Numbered from the stretch's first letter, positions 20,808 to 30,262 are shown. The stretch is DNA of 64,000 nucleotides from Trueperaceae bacterium (GCA_965214405.1 OZ243956.1:4192001-4256000), one strand, 5' to 3'. The notes: a model not told the origin generated them from the sequence alone. Made by a program: numbers and translations.

Positions 20808-22064
20808 ATGCCAAGGAAGCGCGCCAATGGCGAGGGCACCATCATCAAGCGCACGGTCAAGCGTAAAGACGGCACCACCTATCCACGCTTTCATGCACGC
20901 GTCACCCTGAACATTAGCGGTGAGAAGCAGACCCAGCAAGATGGCCCCTGGCGCGAGAAGCAGATGGAGGCCAAACACGACCTTACCCGGCTACTCCGCG
21001 AGGCGCAAAGCGGCGGACTAAAGGGTGAGGCGAGCCAAACGCTTCGAACTTACCTTGAAAGCTGGCTCGAGCGCGGTGCCAAGAGCAAGAAATTCCGCAC
21101 CTACCAGACCTACGAGCAAGACCTGCGAAACCACGTCCTCCCGAGGCTCGGCCACTTGCCCCTTCATAAGATCACCAAGCTTGATATTCAAAATATGGTC
21201 GACGGCATCTACGCCGACCAGAGACAGAAAGGTAAAAAGGGGGAGGCCGTCACCCGCAAGGCCAGGGCGGCGCTGCGGAAGGCGCTTGAGGACGCTATTG
21301 CGCTCGAGATCCTGCCCCCGAACACGCGCAACCCTTGCGAAAAGGTGGAGATACCCTCTGAGCCCGTTTCGGAGATCACCATCTGGACAAACGAGCAGTC
21401 TAACCAGTTTATGATCGAGGCGAAGCGCCACCGCATCTACCCAATCATCTACACCGCGTTCACCAGCGGCATGCGTGAGGGCGAACTGTGCGGCCTCAAG
21501 TGGGACGACCTGGACATCGTTCAGGACGAGGAGACGCCCGAGCGGTTGCTCCTGCTGATTCAGATCCGCCGCTCACTCGTGGTGGTGCCTAAGCGGTATC
21601 AGGCGGTAGCCAGAGCGGGCAACATGGAGCACGTTGTAGGCCGCTACTACTTCGACGTGCCTAAGACAAAGAAGAGCAAGAGTTCGGTGCTCGTTGGGCA
21701 CGACACGCTTCAGCTACTTACCGAGCATCGGCAGAAGCAGCAAGAACGCAAGGCTAAGTTGGATGACCGTTGGCACGACTTTGGCTTGGTCTTCCCGGCC
21801 AGTAATGGCGCGCCGCAGAGCCCTGATAACTTGCTCCGGGACTACTACAAAATCATCGACAAAGCAGGGGTGCCTAGGCTCACCTTCCATGATCTCAGAG
21901 ATACCCACGCCTCCCGTCTCCTAGCCGCTGGTAAGGACATTGGGGTGGTGAGCGAGCGTCTCAGGCATTCGCGCAAAAGTACGACCTTGGACCGCTACGC
22001 GCACGTGCTCGAGTCGAGGCGCCGGGAGGGAGCGATGAGCCTGACGGAGATGTTCGATATATGA
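20808..22064 (+). CDS. Tyrosine recombinase / site-specific integrase
   Basis: RANGEGTI N-terminus, GMREGELCGLKW, FHDLRDTHAS, VSERLRHS...TLDRYAH. Confidence 0.95.
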   Translation: MPRKRANGEGTIIKRTVKRKDGTTYPRFHARVTLNISGEKQTQQDGPWREKQMEAKHDLTRLLREAQSGGLKGEASQTLRTYLESWLERGAKSKKFRTYQTYEQDLRNHVLPRLGHLPLHKITKLDIQNMVDGIYADQRQKGKKGEAVTRKARAALRKALEDAIALEILPPNTRNPCEKVEIPSEPVSEITIWTNEQSNQFMIEAKRHRIYPIIYTAFTSGMREGELCGLKWDDLDIVQDEETPERLLLLIQIRRSLVVVPKRYQAVARAGNMEHVVGRYYFDVPKTKKSKSSVLVGHDTLQLLTEHRQKQQERKAKLDDRWHDFGLVFPASNGAPQSPDNLLRDYYKIIDKAGVPRLTFHDLRDTHASRLLAAGKDIGVVSERLRHSRKSTTLDRYAHVLESRRREGAMSLTEMFDI

Positions 22065-22092
22065 GCCGTTTTTCGCTCACGTCTCCTTGCGG

Positions 22093-22113
22093 TTCACACT
22101 TATTTCACACTTA
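22093..22113 (+). repeat. Tandem TTCACACTTA direct repeat, possible integrase arm-type site
   Basis: Two exact 10-mers at 22093 and 22104, between integrase and att core. Confidence 0.45.
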
Positions 22114-22219
22114 CGCGGTGCTGGAAGTATCTTATTCCTTGATAGGCAAATAGAAAGAAAAACCGTGCAGGACGTACTCCTGATAGACTTTTACAAACTT
22201 GAGAATAGCTTTAAGCGAA

Positions 22220-22264
22220 CTCCAAAACCGTAGGTCGAGGGTTCAAGTCCTTCTGCGCCCGCCA
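22220..22264 (+). tRNA. 3' fragment of tRNA-Trp(CCA); attR of the island
   Basis: CTCCAAA anticodon loop, GGTTCAAGTCC T-arm, acceptor strand ending CCA; no D-arm or 5' acceptor strand upstream. Confidence 0.8.
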
Positions 22265-22287
22265 CAAGAAACACTGTGTAGAACGAG

Positions 22288-22322
22288 ACAGTGCTCAATC
22301 TTGAGTCAAGATTGAGCACTGT
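22288..22322. terminator. Long palindrome downstream of the tRNA fragment (terminator-like)
   Basis: ACAGTGCTCAATCTTGA-G-TCAAGATTGAGCACTGT, 17-bp arms. Confidence 0.55.
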
Positions 22323-22768
22323 TTCTTGGCTCCTCCTACGCCCCTACTGTGGTCAACAAGAAGCGCCGCATCCGCTCACTTCAGTCCTCGAGCGCGTGCC
22401 ATTTTATCCAACTGCCCAACCAAGAGCCATAAATGGCTCGTCACAATCGGTCGCTCTGAGCGTACTTCTGTTCGAACAGTTCATGACCTTTCAACTGGCA
22501 GTTGGTATTATCATCAAACGTTACTAGGGTGCGTAGACAAAGGGTTTTGATGACTATAGCCGAACGATAGCCGACCCGTCTCTTTGCTTTACCTCCTTCT
22601 AAACTTTTATCATGAGCAACATAAAGTCACGTCTCTGAACGCTCCCGAAGAGACGTGCTGAAAAAAGCCCGACCTCCTTCCGAAAAGTTTTTAGATCTCA
22701 AATTCAAAGATTGGAAATGAGCACTCTCTACACGACCCTCGAGCCCAAAAGCCGCTACACTCGTCTCT

Positions 22769-24601
22769 ATGGCGCGACCAAGCCTCAACTTACAAACGCT
22801 CCGCGAGAAGTTTTCCTCGCACATTTTTGAGCGGGGCGGGCGGTACCAACAAAGCGGCGAGGTGCTCGACCTCACCCTGCGAGGCCGTACGGTGCTGGCG
22901 GGCGTGCAGGGCAGCGACGACGAGCCCTACCGCGTCACGCTCGAGCTGTCCGAAGACGACCTGCTGCGCGCTGCATGTTCTTGCCCCTACGAAGACAACT
23001 TCGGGGGCTGGTGCAAACATATCGCGGCGGTGGCGCTCGAGTATATTCACCGGCCCGATATGGTGATCACCGAGGCGAGCGTTGCCGAGTTGCTCAGGCC
23101 CCTGGACGCAGCGACCCTGCGCGGCGCGCTGTCGCACCTCTTGGAGCTTTACCCCGAGGCCACAAGCAAGCTCGAGCTGTACTTACAGAAAACAGCTCTG
23201 AGAGAGGCGAGCGTGGGTGCGGCAGGACCCCGCGCAAAGGACGAAACGGCCGACGGTCAACCCGCCACGCTCGACACCCGCTTGTTCGAGAAGATGATGC
23301 AAAGCGCGGTGCGCGGCGCACGTCACGACTGGGACGGGTTTCCCGGATATGATGAAGTGTACGAGGTTATAGGGGAAATCGAACCCTTTTTAGAACGGGG
23401 GGCCTACCAGGACGCGCTCACGCTGACTGAAGCGCTGGTACGCACCTTTATCGAAGAGGTAGACGGCAGCGAACTCAATGAGGACGGCAACATCGGCTTT
23501 AGTGACGAAGGGCTGTTCCTAGACTTCGACACTCATTTTGCCGAAGCCGTGCTGGGTTCGGCTTTGGGTGAGGGCGAACGCAAACGTTTACTGCGCGAGG
23601 TTTTGGCCTGGCACGACCGCATCGCCAACGACTGGACGAGTCCGGACCTCAACATGACGGCGCACGCGCTGGCCGAAGGGTTGCCAAACCGCGATGAAGA
23701 GACCGAGGAACTGCTCAGCGAAGTGGCGGGGCTCGAGCTTTACGGCGGCAATTACGCCCAGATTCGCCTGCGGGTGCTGCGGGCTACGGGTCAGAACGAC
23801 GAAGCCCTCGCCTTTGCCAAGGCGACGGAGCAGGGCGCGACTTACCTGGCCGTCCTTGTGGACCAGGGCGAGCTCCGGAGCGTCATGGAGGAATACCGGG
23901 ACCACATAAAAGATGAACAAGGCACGCTGAACGTCGCCGAACGCCTCGCCGCCGACCATCCTGAAGAGGCTTTGGAAGTGGCCCGGCACGGTTTGGCGCG
24001 AGGGGCTCGAGCCGCTCCGGAAGACGGCTACCGGTCCACGGGCGAGCGACTCGCCCTCGCCACCTTTACCAAGGCGTTGGCCCTTCGTTTGGCTCAACCT
24101 GAGGCTGCTTTAGACGCAAGTTTGGTTGAGTTTGGGCTCGAGCCCAGCCTGGCGCGCTACCGGGCGCTGCGAGACCTGGTGGGCGAGGTCAAAGGCAGCG
24201 ACTGGCCGACCGTGCGGGCCGAGGTGCTTGCCGGGTTACGGCAGTCAAGCTACCCGAACCACCACGCGGCGGCGGACATCTTTTTAGCCGAAGCCCTGCC
24301 CGATGACGCCGTCGCCATTGCCGCGACCTTCCCTGGCGCTGGCGGCCTGCTGCGTAAAGTGATGACGGCGGTCATGGACACGCACGCGCAGTGGGTTGTC
24401 GACGCGGCTCGAGAGCGAGCCGAGCCCATCATGGACGAGGGTAGGTCGGACAAGTACGACCGCGCTGCCACGTGGTTGGGCTACGTTAAACAAGCTTACG
24501 GGGCCAGCGGGCGGGACGCGCAGTGGCAGGCCTATATAGCGGAGGTGCGTGAAACGCACGGGCGCAAGTACAAGCTGATGAGGGAACTGAAGTCCCTATG
24601 A
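22769..24601 (+). CDS. SWIM zinc-finger protein
   Basis: CSCP...CKHIAAV SWIM motif; leaderless TACACT 7 nt upstream. Confidence 0.85.
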   Translation: MARPSLNLQTLREKFSSHIFERGGRYQQSGEVLDLTLRGRTVLAGVQGSDDEPYRVTLELSEDDLLRAACSCPYEDNFGGWCKHIAAVALEYIHRPDMVITEASVAELLRPLDAATLRGALSHLLELYPEATSKLELYLQKTALREASVGAAGPRAKDETADGQPATLDTRLFEKMMQSAVRGARHDWDGFPGYDEVYEVIGEIEPFLERGAYQDALTLTEALVRTFIEEVDGSELNEDGNIGFSDEGLFLDFDTHFAEAVLGSALGEGERKRLLREVLAWHDRIANDWTSPDLNMTAHALAEGLPNRDEETEELLSEVAGLELYGGNYAQIRLRVLRATGQNDEALAFAKATEQGATYLAVLVDQGELRSVMEEYRDHIKDEQGTLNVAERLAADHPEEALEVARHGLARGARAAPEDGYRSTGERLALATFTKALALRLAQPEAALDASLVEFGLEPSLARYRALRDLVGEVKGSDWPTVRAEVLAGLRQSSYPNHHAAADIFLAEALPDDAVAIAATFPGAGGLLRKVMTAVMDTHAQWVVDAARERAEPIMDEGRSDKYDRAATWLGYVKQAYGASGRDAQWQAYIAEVRETHGRKYKLMRELKSL

Positions 24602-24659
24602 AGCTCTAAGAATTCGGGAAAGGTCCGCTAGAAAGGTTCAGGCCATACCCAAAACCCCG

Positions 24660-25724
24660 CTACACCATCACGATACAAACCGGCGTCCCCAGCTCGAGCC
24701 GCCTCCCGGTGGGCTCGAGCTTACCCGAACCGGCGTCCAGCCGGTAAGACAGCAGCGCATTCGTTTGCTGGTTGGCGGCAACCAAAAGGCTGGCCGTCGG
24801 GTCGAGCGCGAAGTCTCGGGGAATCTTGCCGCCCGTGGACACGTGTTGTAGGGGGGTCAAGCGGGCTGCCGCTTCATCAAAAGCAAATACGGCGATACTG
24901 TCGTGCCCCCGGTTGGACGCGTAAAGAAACCTGCCGGACGGGTGAATGCGAATGGCCGCGGCGGTGGTTTCTCCCGTAAATTCGGGCAACGTAGACACCG
25001 TGTCGAGCAGCTCGAGCCCGCCCTCTTGGTGACGAAACACGCTCACGGTCGAGTCGAGTTCGTTGAGCACAAAAACGTACGCGCCGCTCGGGTGAAAAAC
25101 CAGGTGGCGAGGGCCTGCGCCGGGGGGCGTGCTGGCGCTCTGTAGGGGCTCGAGCGTCGCCGCTTGCTCGTTCAGACGGTACGTCTTGACTTCGTCCAGC
25201 CCCAGGTCGGCCACAAAAAGCGTGTTGCCGTCCGGACCAAAGACCGTCACGTGGGCGTGGGGTCCCTCTTGTCTGGTGGGGTGTACGCTGCTGCCCTCGT
25301 GCTGCACGCTGTCCGTTTCTGCGCCCAAACTGCCGTCTTCGTTCACGGGAAAGAGCGCCACGTTGCCCGAGCCGTAGTTCGCCACCGCCAGAAACTTTTC
25401 GCTCCCGTTCAGGGCCAAGTGACAGGGACCCTCCCCGGTCATCCCCCGGGTATTCACATGCGCCAGGCTAGCGTCATCGTTGACGGCAAACGCCGATACG
25501 GACGGGTTGTTCGCGCGGCTCGTTTCGTGAACGGCGTAAAGGTGCGTTCCGGCCCGGTTGAGCGTGAGATAGGTGGGATTCACGACATCCTCAAACACGC
25601 CCAGAAGCTCCATGTTTCCTGTTTCGGGCTCGAGCCTGCACGTATAAATCCCTTTACCTGTCGCCTTGTACGTCCCAAAATCCGCGTTCGTGTAAGACCC
25701 AACGTAAAAATGGCTCATCATCAC
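24660..25724 (-). CDS. pgl: Lactonase (6-phosphogluconolactonase-like beta-propeller)
   Basis: YVGSYT, ANYGSG, ADLGLD, GAGPRH, SNRGHDS, PRDFALD. Confidence 0.85.
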   Translation of the reverse strand: MMMSHFYVGSYTNADFGTYKATGKGIYTCRLEPETGNMELLGVFEDVVNPTYLTLNRAGTHLYAVHETSRANNPSVSAFAVNDDASLAHVNTRGMTGEGPCHLALNGSEKFLAVANYGSGNVALFPVNEDGSLGAETDSVQHEGSSVHPTRQEGPHAHVTVFGPDGNTLFVADLGLDEVKTYRLNEQAATLEPLQSASTPPGAGPRHLVFHPSGAYVFVLNELDSTVSVFRHQEGGLELLDTVSTLPEFTGETTAAAIRIHPSGRFLYASNRGHDSIAVFAFDEAAARLTPLQHVSTGGKIPRDFALDPTASLLVAANQQTNALLSYRLDAGSGKLEPTGRRLELGTPVCIVMV

Positions 25725-25846
25725 TCCGTTCGTTACTTTCTTTACTGCACTCTAACCAGAACTCGAGCTGCGGCGCGTTGGTTCGGATAGCGTCACCTGG
25801 TGAACCTGTTTAACCGCCCATTCGAATACGGTACACTAAGCACCCG

Positions 25847-26599
25847 ATGACACCCAAACCCAAAGTCCTCATCACAGGCGCGGCGGGCCGCATCGGGCAG
25901 TACCTCGTCGCGCACTGGCGCGAGCGTTACGACCTCGTCTTGACCGACCAGCGCACGCCCGACGTGACCCACGGCTTCCCCTTTGCGCGCGCTCACTTGG
26001 CCCGGCTGGATGAGCTCGAGCCGCTTTTTACCGGTGTTCACACGGTGATTCATCTGGGGGCCGACTCCAGCGTCAGGGCGGAGTGGGAGAGTCTGTTAAG
26101 TAGCAACATCATCGGGGTTTACAACGTGCTCGAGTGTGCCCGGCAGGCCGGGTGTCGGCGCGTCGTCTTTGCGAGCAGCGTCAACGCGGTGAACGGCTAT
26201 CCCGCAGACGTGCAGGTCAATACAAATATGCCCGTCGCGCCGCCCAACCTCTACGGGGCCAGCAAAGCCTGGGGCGAGGCCGTGGGCCGTTTTTACGCCC
26301 AGCGGGGGCTGTCGGTTTTTTGTTTACGCATCGGCGCGCTGATGAAAAACGGGGACGAACGCCTCAAACCCGGCCAGCCGGACCTAGACATCGCGCTCAC
26401 CTACGGCGACCTCTCCCGCTTGTTCGACGCGTGCATGAATACGTCGTTGGAGGTGCGCTTCGGGATTTTCCACGGCATCTCGAACAACCGTTTCAAACGC
26501 CTGGACCTTACCGAAACGATTCGCGTCCTGGGCTACGCGCCGCAAGACGACGCCTTTGTGCTCGCGGGCGTGCTCGGCTCTGAAGGCCCCGAATCTTAA
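25847..26599 (+). CDS. NAD-dependent epimerase/dehydrogenase (uronate dehydrogenase-like)
   Basis: ITGAAGRIG, FASSVNA, YGASK. Confidence 0.75.
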   Translation: MTPKPKVLITGAAGRIGQYLVAHWRERYDLVLTDQRTPDVTHGFPFARAHLARLDELEPLFTGVHTVIHLGADSSVRAEWESLLSSNIIGVYNVLECARQAGCRRVVFASSVNAVNGYPADVQVNTNMPVAPPNLYGASKAWGEAVGRFYAQRGLSVFCLRIGALMKNGDERLKPGQPDLDIALTYGDLSRLFDACMNTSLEVRFGIFHGISNNRFKRLDLTETIRVLGYAPQDDAFVLAGVLGSEGPES

Positions 26600-26629
26600 G
26601 GTACCCAACGCTTAGCAAAGGACCAGCCC

Positions 26630-27910
26630 ATGCCCATCACCATCAAAGACGTCAAGGTCATCACCACCCAATACAACAAACAGCGCCTGGTGATGGTCAA
26701 AGTCATGACCAGCGAGGACGGGCTCTACGGCCTCGGCTGCGCCACCTTTACCCAGCGCTTCCACGCGGTCGTGGCGGCGCTGGAGGGGCACATCATCCCG
26801 TTTGTTTTGGGGCGCGACGTGTCGCGGATTGAAGAGCTTTTTAACATGATGATGGTGAGCGGGTACTGGCGCAACGGACCCGTGCTGAATAACGCGATTT
26901 CGGGCATCGACACGGCGCTCTGGGACATCAAGGGCAAGCTCGCGGGGATGCCCGTTTACGACCTGCTGGGCGGCAAAAGCCGCGAGGCGGCGCACGTCTA
27001 CGTTCACGCCGACGGCAGAGACCCGCAAGAAGTGACCGAGAACGTCAGGGCCTTTCAGGAGGAGGGCTACCGCTACATCCGCGTTCAGATGGGCGGCTAC
27101 GGCGGCGCGACCAAGATGTCGGGGTTTGGGCTGGGGCAACAAAAGGCGACCGAGGCAACCGCCGTGACGAAGAATAAAGTCAACGCCAATCCGGTCAGGA
27201 TGATCTCGCCCGACAACGCGCCGCCGGGGGCTTACTTCGACCCCAGGGCCTACGCACGAAACATGCTCACCATGATGGAGCATGTAAGAAGCGAGGTCGG
27301 CGACGAGGTCGAACTCTTGCACGACGTTCACGAGCGCTTGGGGACCATTAACGCGGTGGGGTTCGCCAAAGACGTCGAGCCGTTTAAGCTCTTCTTCTTA
27401 GAAGACATCTTGGCTCCCGAAGACCTCGAGTGGTTCGGGCGCATCCGCCAACAAACCTCGACCGCCCTGGCGATGGGCGAACTCTTCAACCACCCGCGCG
27501 AGTGGCAGCCCCTCATCGCGGGCAAGCTCATCGACTTCATCCGGATGCACGTGAGCCAAATGGGCGGCATCACCCCCGCCAAACGTGTCGCCTCGTTCGC
27601 CAACCTCTACGGCGTCCGCACCGCCTGGCACGGCCCCGCCGACACCTCGCCCGTGGGTCACGCGGCCAACTTGCACCTAGACGTGTGGGCACCCAACTTC
27701 GGCGTGCAGGAGTGGTGCCGCTTTAACGACCAAGCCTATGACACCTTCCCCGGTTTGCCCGAAGTGAGAAACGGTTACTTGTACCCCAACGACAAACCCG
27801 GCTTGGGGATTGACATTGACGAAAAGCTGGCCGCCAAGTATCCGTGTGAAGACTTTGTGGAGGAGTGGACGCAGACGAGGTTGCCCGACGGGAGTCCGGC
27901 TAGGCCGTGA
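26630..27910 (+). CDS. Enolase-superfamily sugar-acid dehydratase (ManD/RspA-like)
   Basis: YWRNGPVLNNAISGIDTALWDIKGK, LLHDVHERL, AMGELF, AWHGP. Confidence 0.85.
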   Translation: MPITIKDVKVITTQYNKQRLVMVKVMTSEDGLYGLGCATFTQRFHAVVAALEGHIIPFVLGRDVSRIEELFNMMMVSGYWRNGPVLNNAISGIDTALWDIKGKLAGMPVYDLLGGKSREAAHVYVHADGRDPQEVTENVRAFQEEGYRYIRVQMGGYGGATKMSGFGLGQQKATEATAVTKNKVNANPVRMISPDNAPPGAYFDPRAYARNMLTMMEHVRSEVGDEVELLHDVHERLGTINAVGFAKDVEPFKLFFLEDILAPEDLEWFGRIRQQTSTALAMGELFNHPREWQPLIAGKLIDFIRMHVSQMGGITPAKRVASFANLYGVRTAWHGPADTSPVGHAANLHLDVWAPNFGVQEWCRFNDQAYDTFPGLPEVRNGYLYPNDKPGLGIDIDEKLAAKYPCEDFVEEWTQTRLPDGSPARP

Positions 27911-27975
27911 CAGCCTCGAGAGCGAAGGCCGTCCTACGACGCCGGGGCGCGTGATTCTCGGCTATACTATCGCTC

Positions 27976-28188
27976 ATGAGCAAAACCGTGCCTTACCGAG
28001 ATGTTGAGCGCGTGCTGATTACCCGACTCGAGGATATCCCCGACTTTGGCAGCATGAGCCGTGAGGAAGAGGCCGAATGGTGGGAGCGTCATGACGTAGC
28101 GACTGACCTCATGGAAACCGGGCCGGACGTGTACGAGGAAGTTTACTTGGTGTTGGGGCTCGAGCATCCTAAGCGCCCCAAAAAATGA
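27976..28188 (+). CDS. Small CopG-antitoxin-like protein (orphan)
   Basis: IPDFGSMSREEEAEWWERHD resembles the antitoxin motif IPxF..EEEAEFWDTHD; leaderless TATACT promoter. Confidence 0.5.
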   Translation: MSKTVPYRDVERVLITRLEDIPDFGSMSREEEAEWWERHDVATDLMETGPDVYEEVYLVLGLEHPKRPKK

Positions 28189-28312
28189 AGGGCGTGAGCA
28201 GGTTTTAGCACCGTTTCAATCCTCTACGAGGTTAACTAATTTTGCAACTCTTGCCCCCGGACGACGCCTCGTTCGACAAAAACGTTTCAATCCTCTACGA
28301 GGTTAGCTGGTT

Positions 28313-28681
28313 TTAGTGCGACAGCTTACTCACAACCAGCATGTTGAGACTCACCCCCTCGCGTTCGGCCTCCTCACTGAGCGCCCGGTGCAGGCTCTTG
28401 GGCAGACGCACCTGAAAGCGCCCGCTGTAGGCGTTCGTACGGCTACCCGGCTCGGGGATTTTGTCGCCGTGCTCCAACATGACCTCCAAGACGAGGCGCT
28501 TAACGACGGCAAGTTCGCTCAGCGCCGCTTCGATGGTGGGGCCGTCGGCGTGGACGGCGGCTCTACCAAAGTCGGGCAGGCGGGCGTAATAGCCGCCGTC
28601 CGAGTGCTCCATCGGGCGGATCTCTACGGGGTAGTCGAGCGCCATGTAGTGCTCGAGGGTTTGGTTGCGGTCCTGAATCAT
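28313..28681 (-). CDS. hicB: HicB-family antitoxin (within array 1)
   Basis: GGYYARLPDF...DGPTIEAAL; C-terminal RHH YSGRFQVRLPKSLHRALSEEAEREGVSLN. Confidence 0.9.
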   Translation of the reverse strand: MIQDRNQTLEHYMALDYPVEIRPMEHSDGGYYARLPDFGRAAVHADGPTIEAALSELAVVKRLVLEVMLEHGDKIPEPGSRTNAYSGRFQVRLPKSLHRALSEEAEREGVSLNMLVVSKLSH

Positions 28682-28690
28682 ACGCGCTCC

Positions 28691-28921
28691 TTAGAGGTCG
28701 AGTTCGGCGGCAATTTCTTTGAGGTAGCCCCTCTTGACCTCTCTACCGCCAACCGTGGGGACGGTGATGGGGTCGGCTCCCGCTTTGGTGAAGATGTGGT
28801 GCGAACCTGCCGTACGGGTTTCCTCATAGCCGCGAGCGTTAAGTACCTTCTCAACGTCGCTAAAGCGCATGGTGTTGGGAAAGCGCAGGAGCTTGGCGAT
28901 GAGTTTGTCCATGCGGCTCAT
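28691..28921 (-). CDS. hicA: HicA-family mRNase toxin (within array 1)
   Basis: MRFSDVEKVL..GY...AGSHHIF...ITVP; leaderless TATCAT 6 nt before ATG 28921. Confidence 0.9.
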   Translation of the reverse strand: MSRMDKLIAKLLRFPNTMRFSDVEKVLNARGYEETRTAGSHHIFTKAGADPITVPTVGGREVKRGYLKEIAAELDL

Positions 28922-28927
28922 GTCTAT

Positions 28928-28949
28928 ATGATACTGCATGTAGTGTCAT
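28928..28949 (-). promoter_or_regulatory. Palindromic operator overlapping the hicAB -10 box
   Basis: ATGATACTGCATGTAGTGTCAT is a near-perfect inverted repeat. Confidence 0.6.
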
Positions 28950-29008
28950 GTGGGGGTGTGGGGGTCACTCGAGATGGCTGAACAGTTAAATCTCGGCGTT
29001 TCAATCCT

Positions 29009-29128
29009 CTACGAGGTTAACTGATTTTGCAACTCACCCGCCGCCGCCGCTTCCGCATTGGCACGCTGCACCTCGGAGCGGGGGATGGTGACTTGATACG
29101 CGATGGTGCCGCCGATGATGGTAGCCAC
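29009..29128 (-). pseudogene. 5' fragment of a foreign gene, truncated by a CRISPR repeat
   Basis: Strong RBS GAGGAGG, GTG start, MATIIGGTIAYQVTIPRSEVQRANAEAAAAG then runs into the repeat and stops. Confidence 0.45.
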
Positions 29129-29147
29129 TTATCCCCCTCCTCGTGAC

Positions 29148-29176
29148 AAAAAAGAGACGCACCCCTAAGAGTGCGT
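29148..29176 (-). terminator. Intrinsic terminator-like hairpin on the minus strand inside array insert 2
   Basis: ACGCACTC-TTAG-GGGTGCGT followed by CTCTTTTTT. Confidence 0.5.
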
Positions 29177-29189
29177 GTATAGTCGCCTC

Positions 29190-29576
29190 ATGAAAAAACT
29201 CTTGGTTGTGCTAATGGTGCTGTCAGGTTTCAGTCTCGCTATCCCCTACGGGACGCCCACAGAGATAGCAGAAGTCATCTTTGCTGAGTATCAACTCGTC
29301 CCTGCGTCCTGCCCTCCGGAAGACCTCGAGGGGGGTGAGGGTGACTTGGGTATAGCCTGCTTCAAAGCGCCGCGCGGTTTAGGCGTGCAAGAGGCGGGCG
29401 ACATCGTAGAAGAGAGGATGATGCGAGTCGGCTTCATGCCCGACATGTTCGGGTGGATGGTTATTGACGAGAACACAGGCGGGGCTATGCTGCGAAGCGT
29501 AGAGGACAACATCATGCTCATTGTTCGTTACGCCGAGGGCCGCTTAGACTTTATGCTCATGGACTTGAGCAACTAA
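29190..29576 (+). CDS. Secreted hypothetical protein (within array 1)
   Basis: Signal peptide MKKLLVVLMVLSGFSLA; leaderless TATAGT-N6-ATG; stop 4 nt before the repeat. Confidence 0.7.
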   Translation: MKKLLVVLMVLSGFSLAIPYGTPTEIAEVIFAEYQLVPASCPPEDLEGGEGDLGIACFKAPRGLGVQEAGDIVEERMMRVGFMPDMFGWMVIDENTGGAMLRSVEDNIMLIVRYAEGRLDFMLMDLSN

Positions 29577-29768
29577 TCACGTTTCAATCCTCTACGAGGT
29601 TAACTGATTTTGCAACCGGGTAGCAACAGCCGCCGATTTGCCGACGTCACCCGTTTAATCTTCGAATGGGACCGCCCCTTCTAATGTCTTCAGTCTGTCA
29701 CGACACAATCAGATATATAAGGGTATCTGTCACACCACGCACATGTGACGATCTGACATAGTAAACTT

Positions 29769-30017
29769 ATGAGCAAGCGCTTCGACCGTATCGACTACAT
29801 TCCCCATGCGCTTCTTAGGATGCGCGTCCGTAAGGTAAGTAAGCGACAAGTCGAGCGCTGTGTTCAGGAACCAGACCGCGAGGGGCCGTCGGCCACGCAT
29901 CCGGAAAATATAGAGGCGCAAAGGGACACGGAGGTGTCAACCTTGATTGTCTGGTACGAGAGAAAAGGTCCAGGCCACATAGAAGTCAAGAGTCTCGTCA
30001 GGAGGGGTAAAAAGTGA
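29769..30017 (+). CDS. DUF4258-like (RelE-fold) putative toxin (within array 1)
   Basis: YIPHALLRMRVRKVSKRQVERCVQEPD pattern; overlaps the partner start. Confidence 0.65.
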   Translation: MSKRFDRIDYIPHALLRMRVRKVSKRQVERCVQEPDREGPSATHPENIEAQRDTEVSTLIVWYERKGPGHIEVKSLVRRGKK

Positions 30018-30262
30018 CCATACTATACACAAAAGACGCCAACATCCTCACCATTTTTTTGGGCGGCGAGGTAGCCGAGACTGTTGAATACCGCCCCGGC
30101 CTGTTCTTAGACCTAGACGCAGCGGGCAAGGTCGTGGGCGTAGAGTCGCACGACGCCGCGGCATTTCTGAAAGAGGCTCAGGGTGACGACGGGCTGGAGT
30201 TACCCGAGAAGCTGGAGCGGTCTGAAAAACCTCATACGGAGCCCACGGGGGCCTATGCCTAA
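30014..30262 (+). CDS. DUF2283-like putative antitoxin (within array 1)
   Basis: Y.KDANILTIFL...ETVEY.PGLFLDLDAAGKVVGVE. Confidence 0.75.
   Translation: MTILYTKDANILTIFLGGEVAETVEYRPGLFLDLDAAGKVVGVESHDAAAFLKEAQGDDGLELPEKLERSEKPHTEPTGAYA

Larger units (their letters stand above)
1..22264. mobile_element. Right part of an integrative genomic island inserted in tRNA-Trp (left end not seen)
   Basis: Integrase next to tRNA 3' fragment; accessory cargo (IS, TA, defence-like gene). Confidence 0.6.

Noticed and set aside
22190..22264. Complete tRNA-Trp gene
   Set aside because: No 5' acceptor strand, D-arm or 5' anticodon stem; treated as an att fragment
29653..29664. GTTTAATCTTC 36 nt after the 29581 repeat might be a decayed repeat start
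   Set aside because: Too short to call and equally readable as coding sequence; left unresolved
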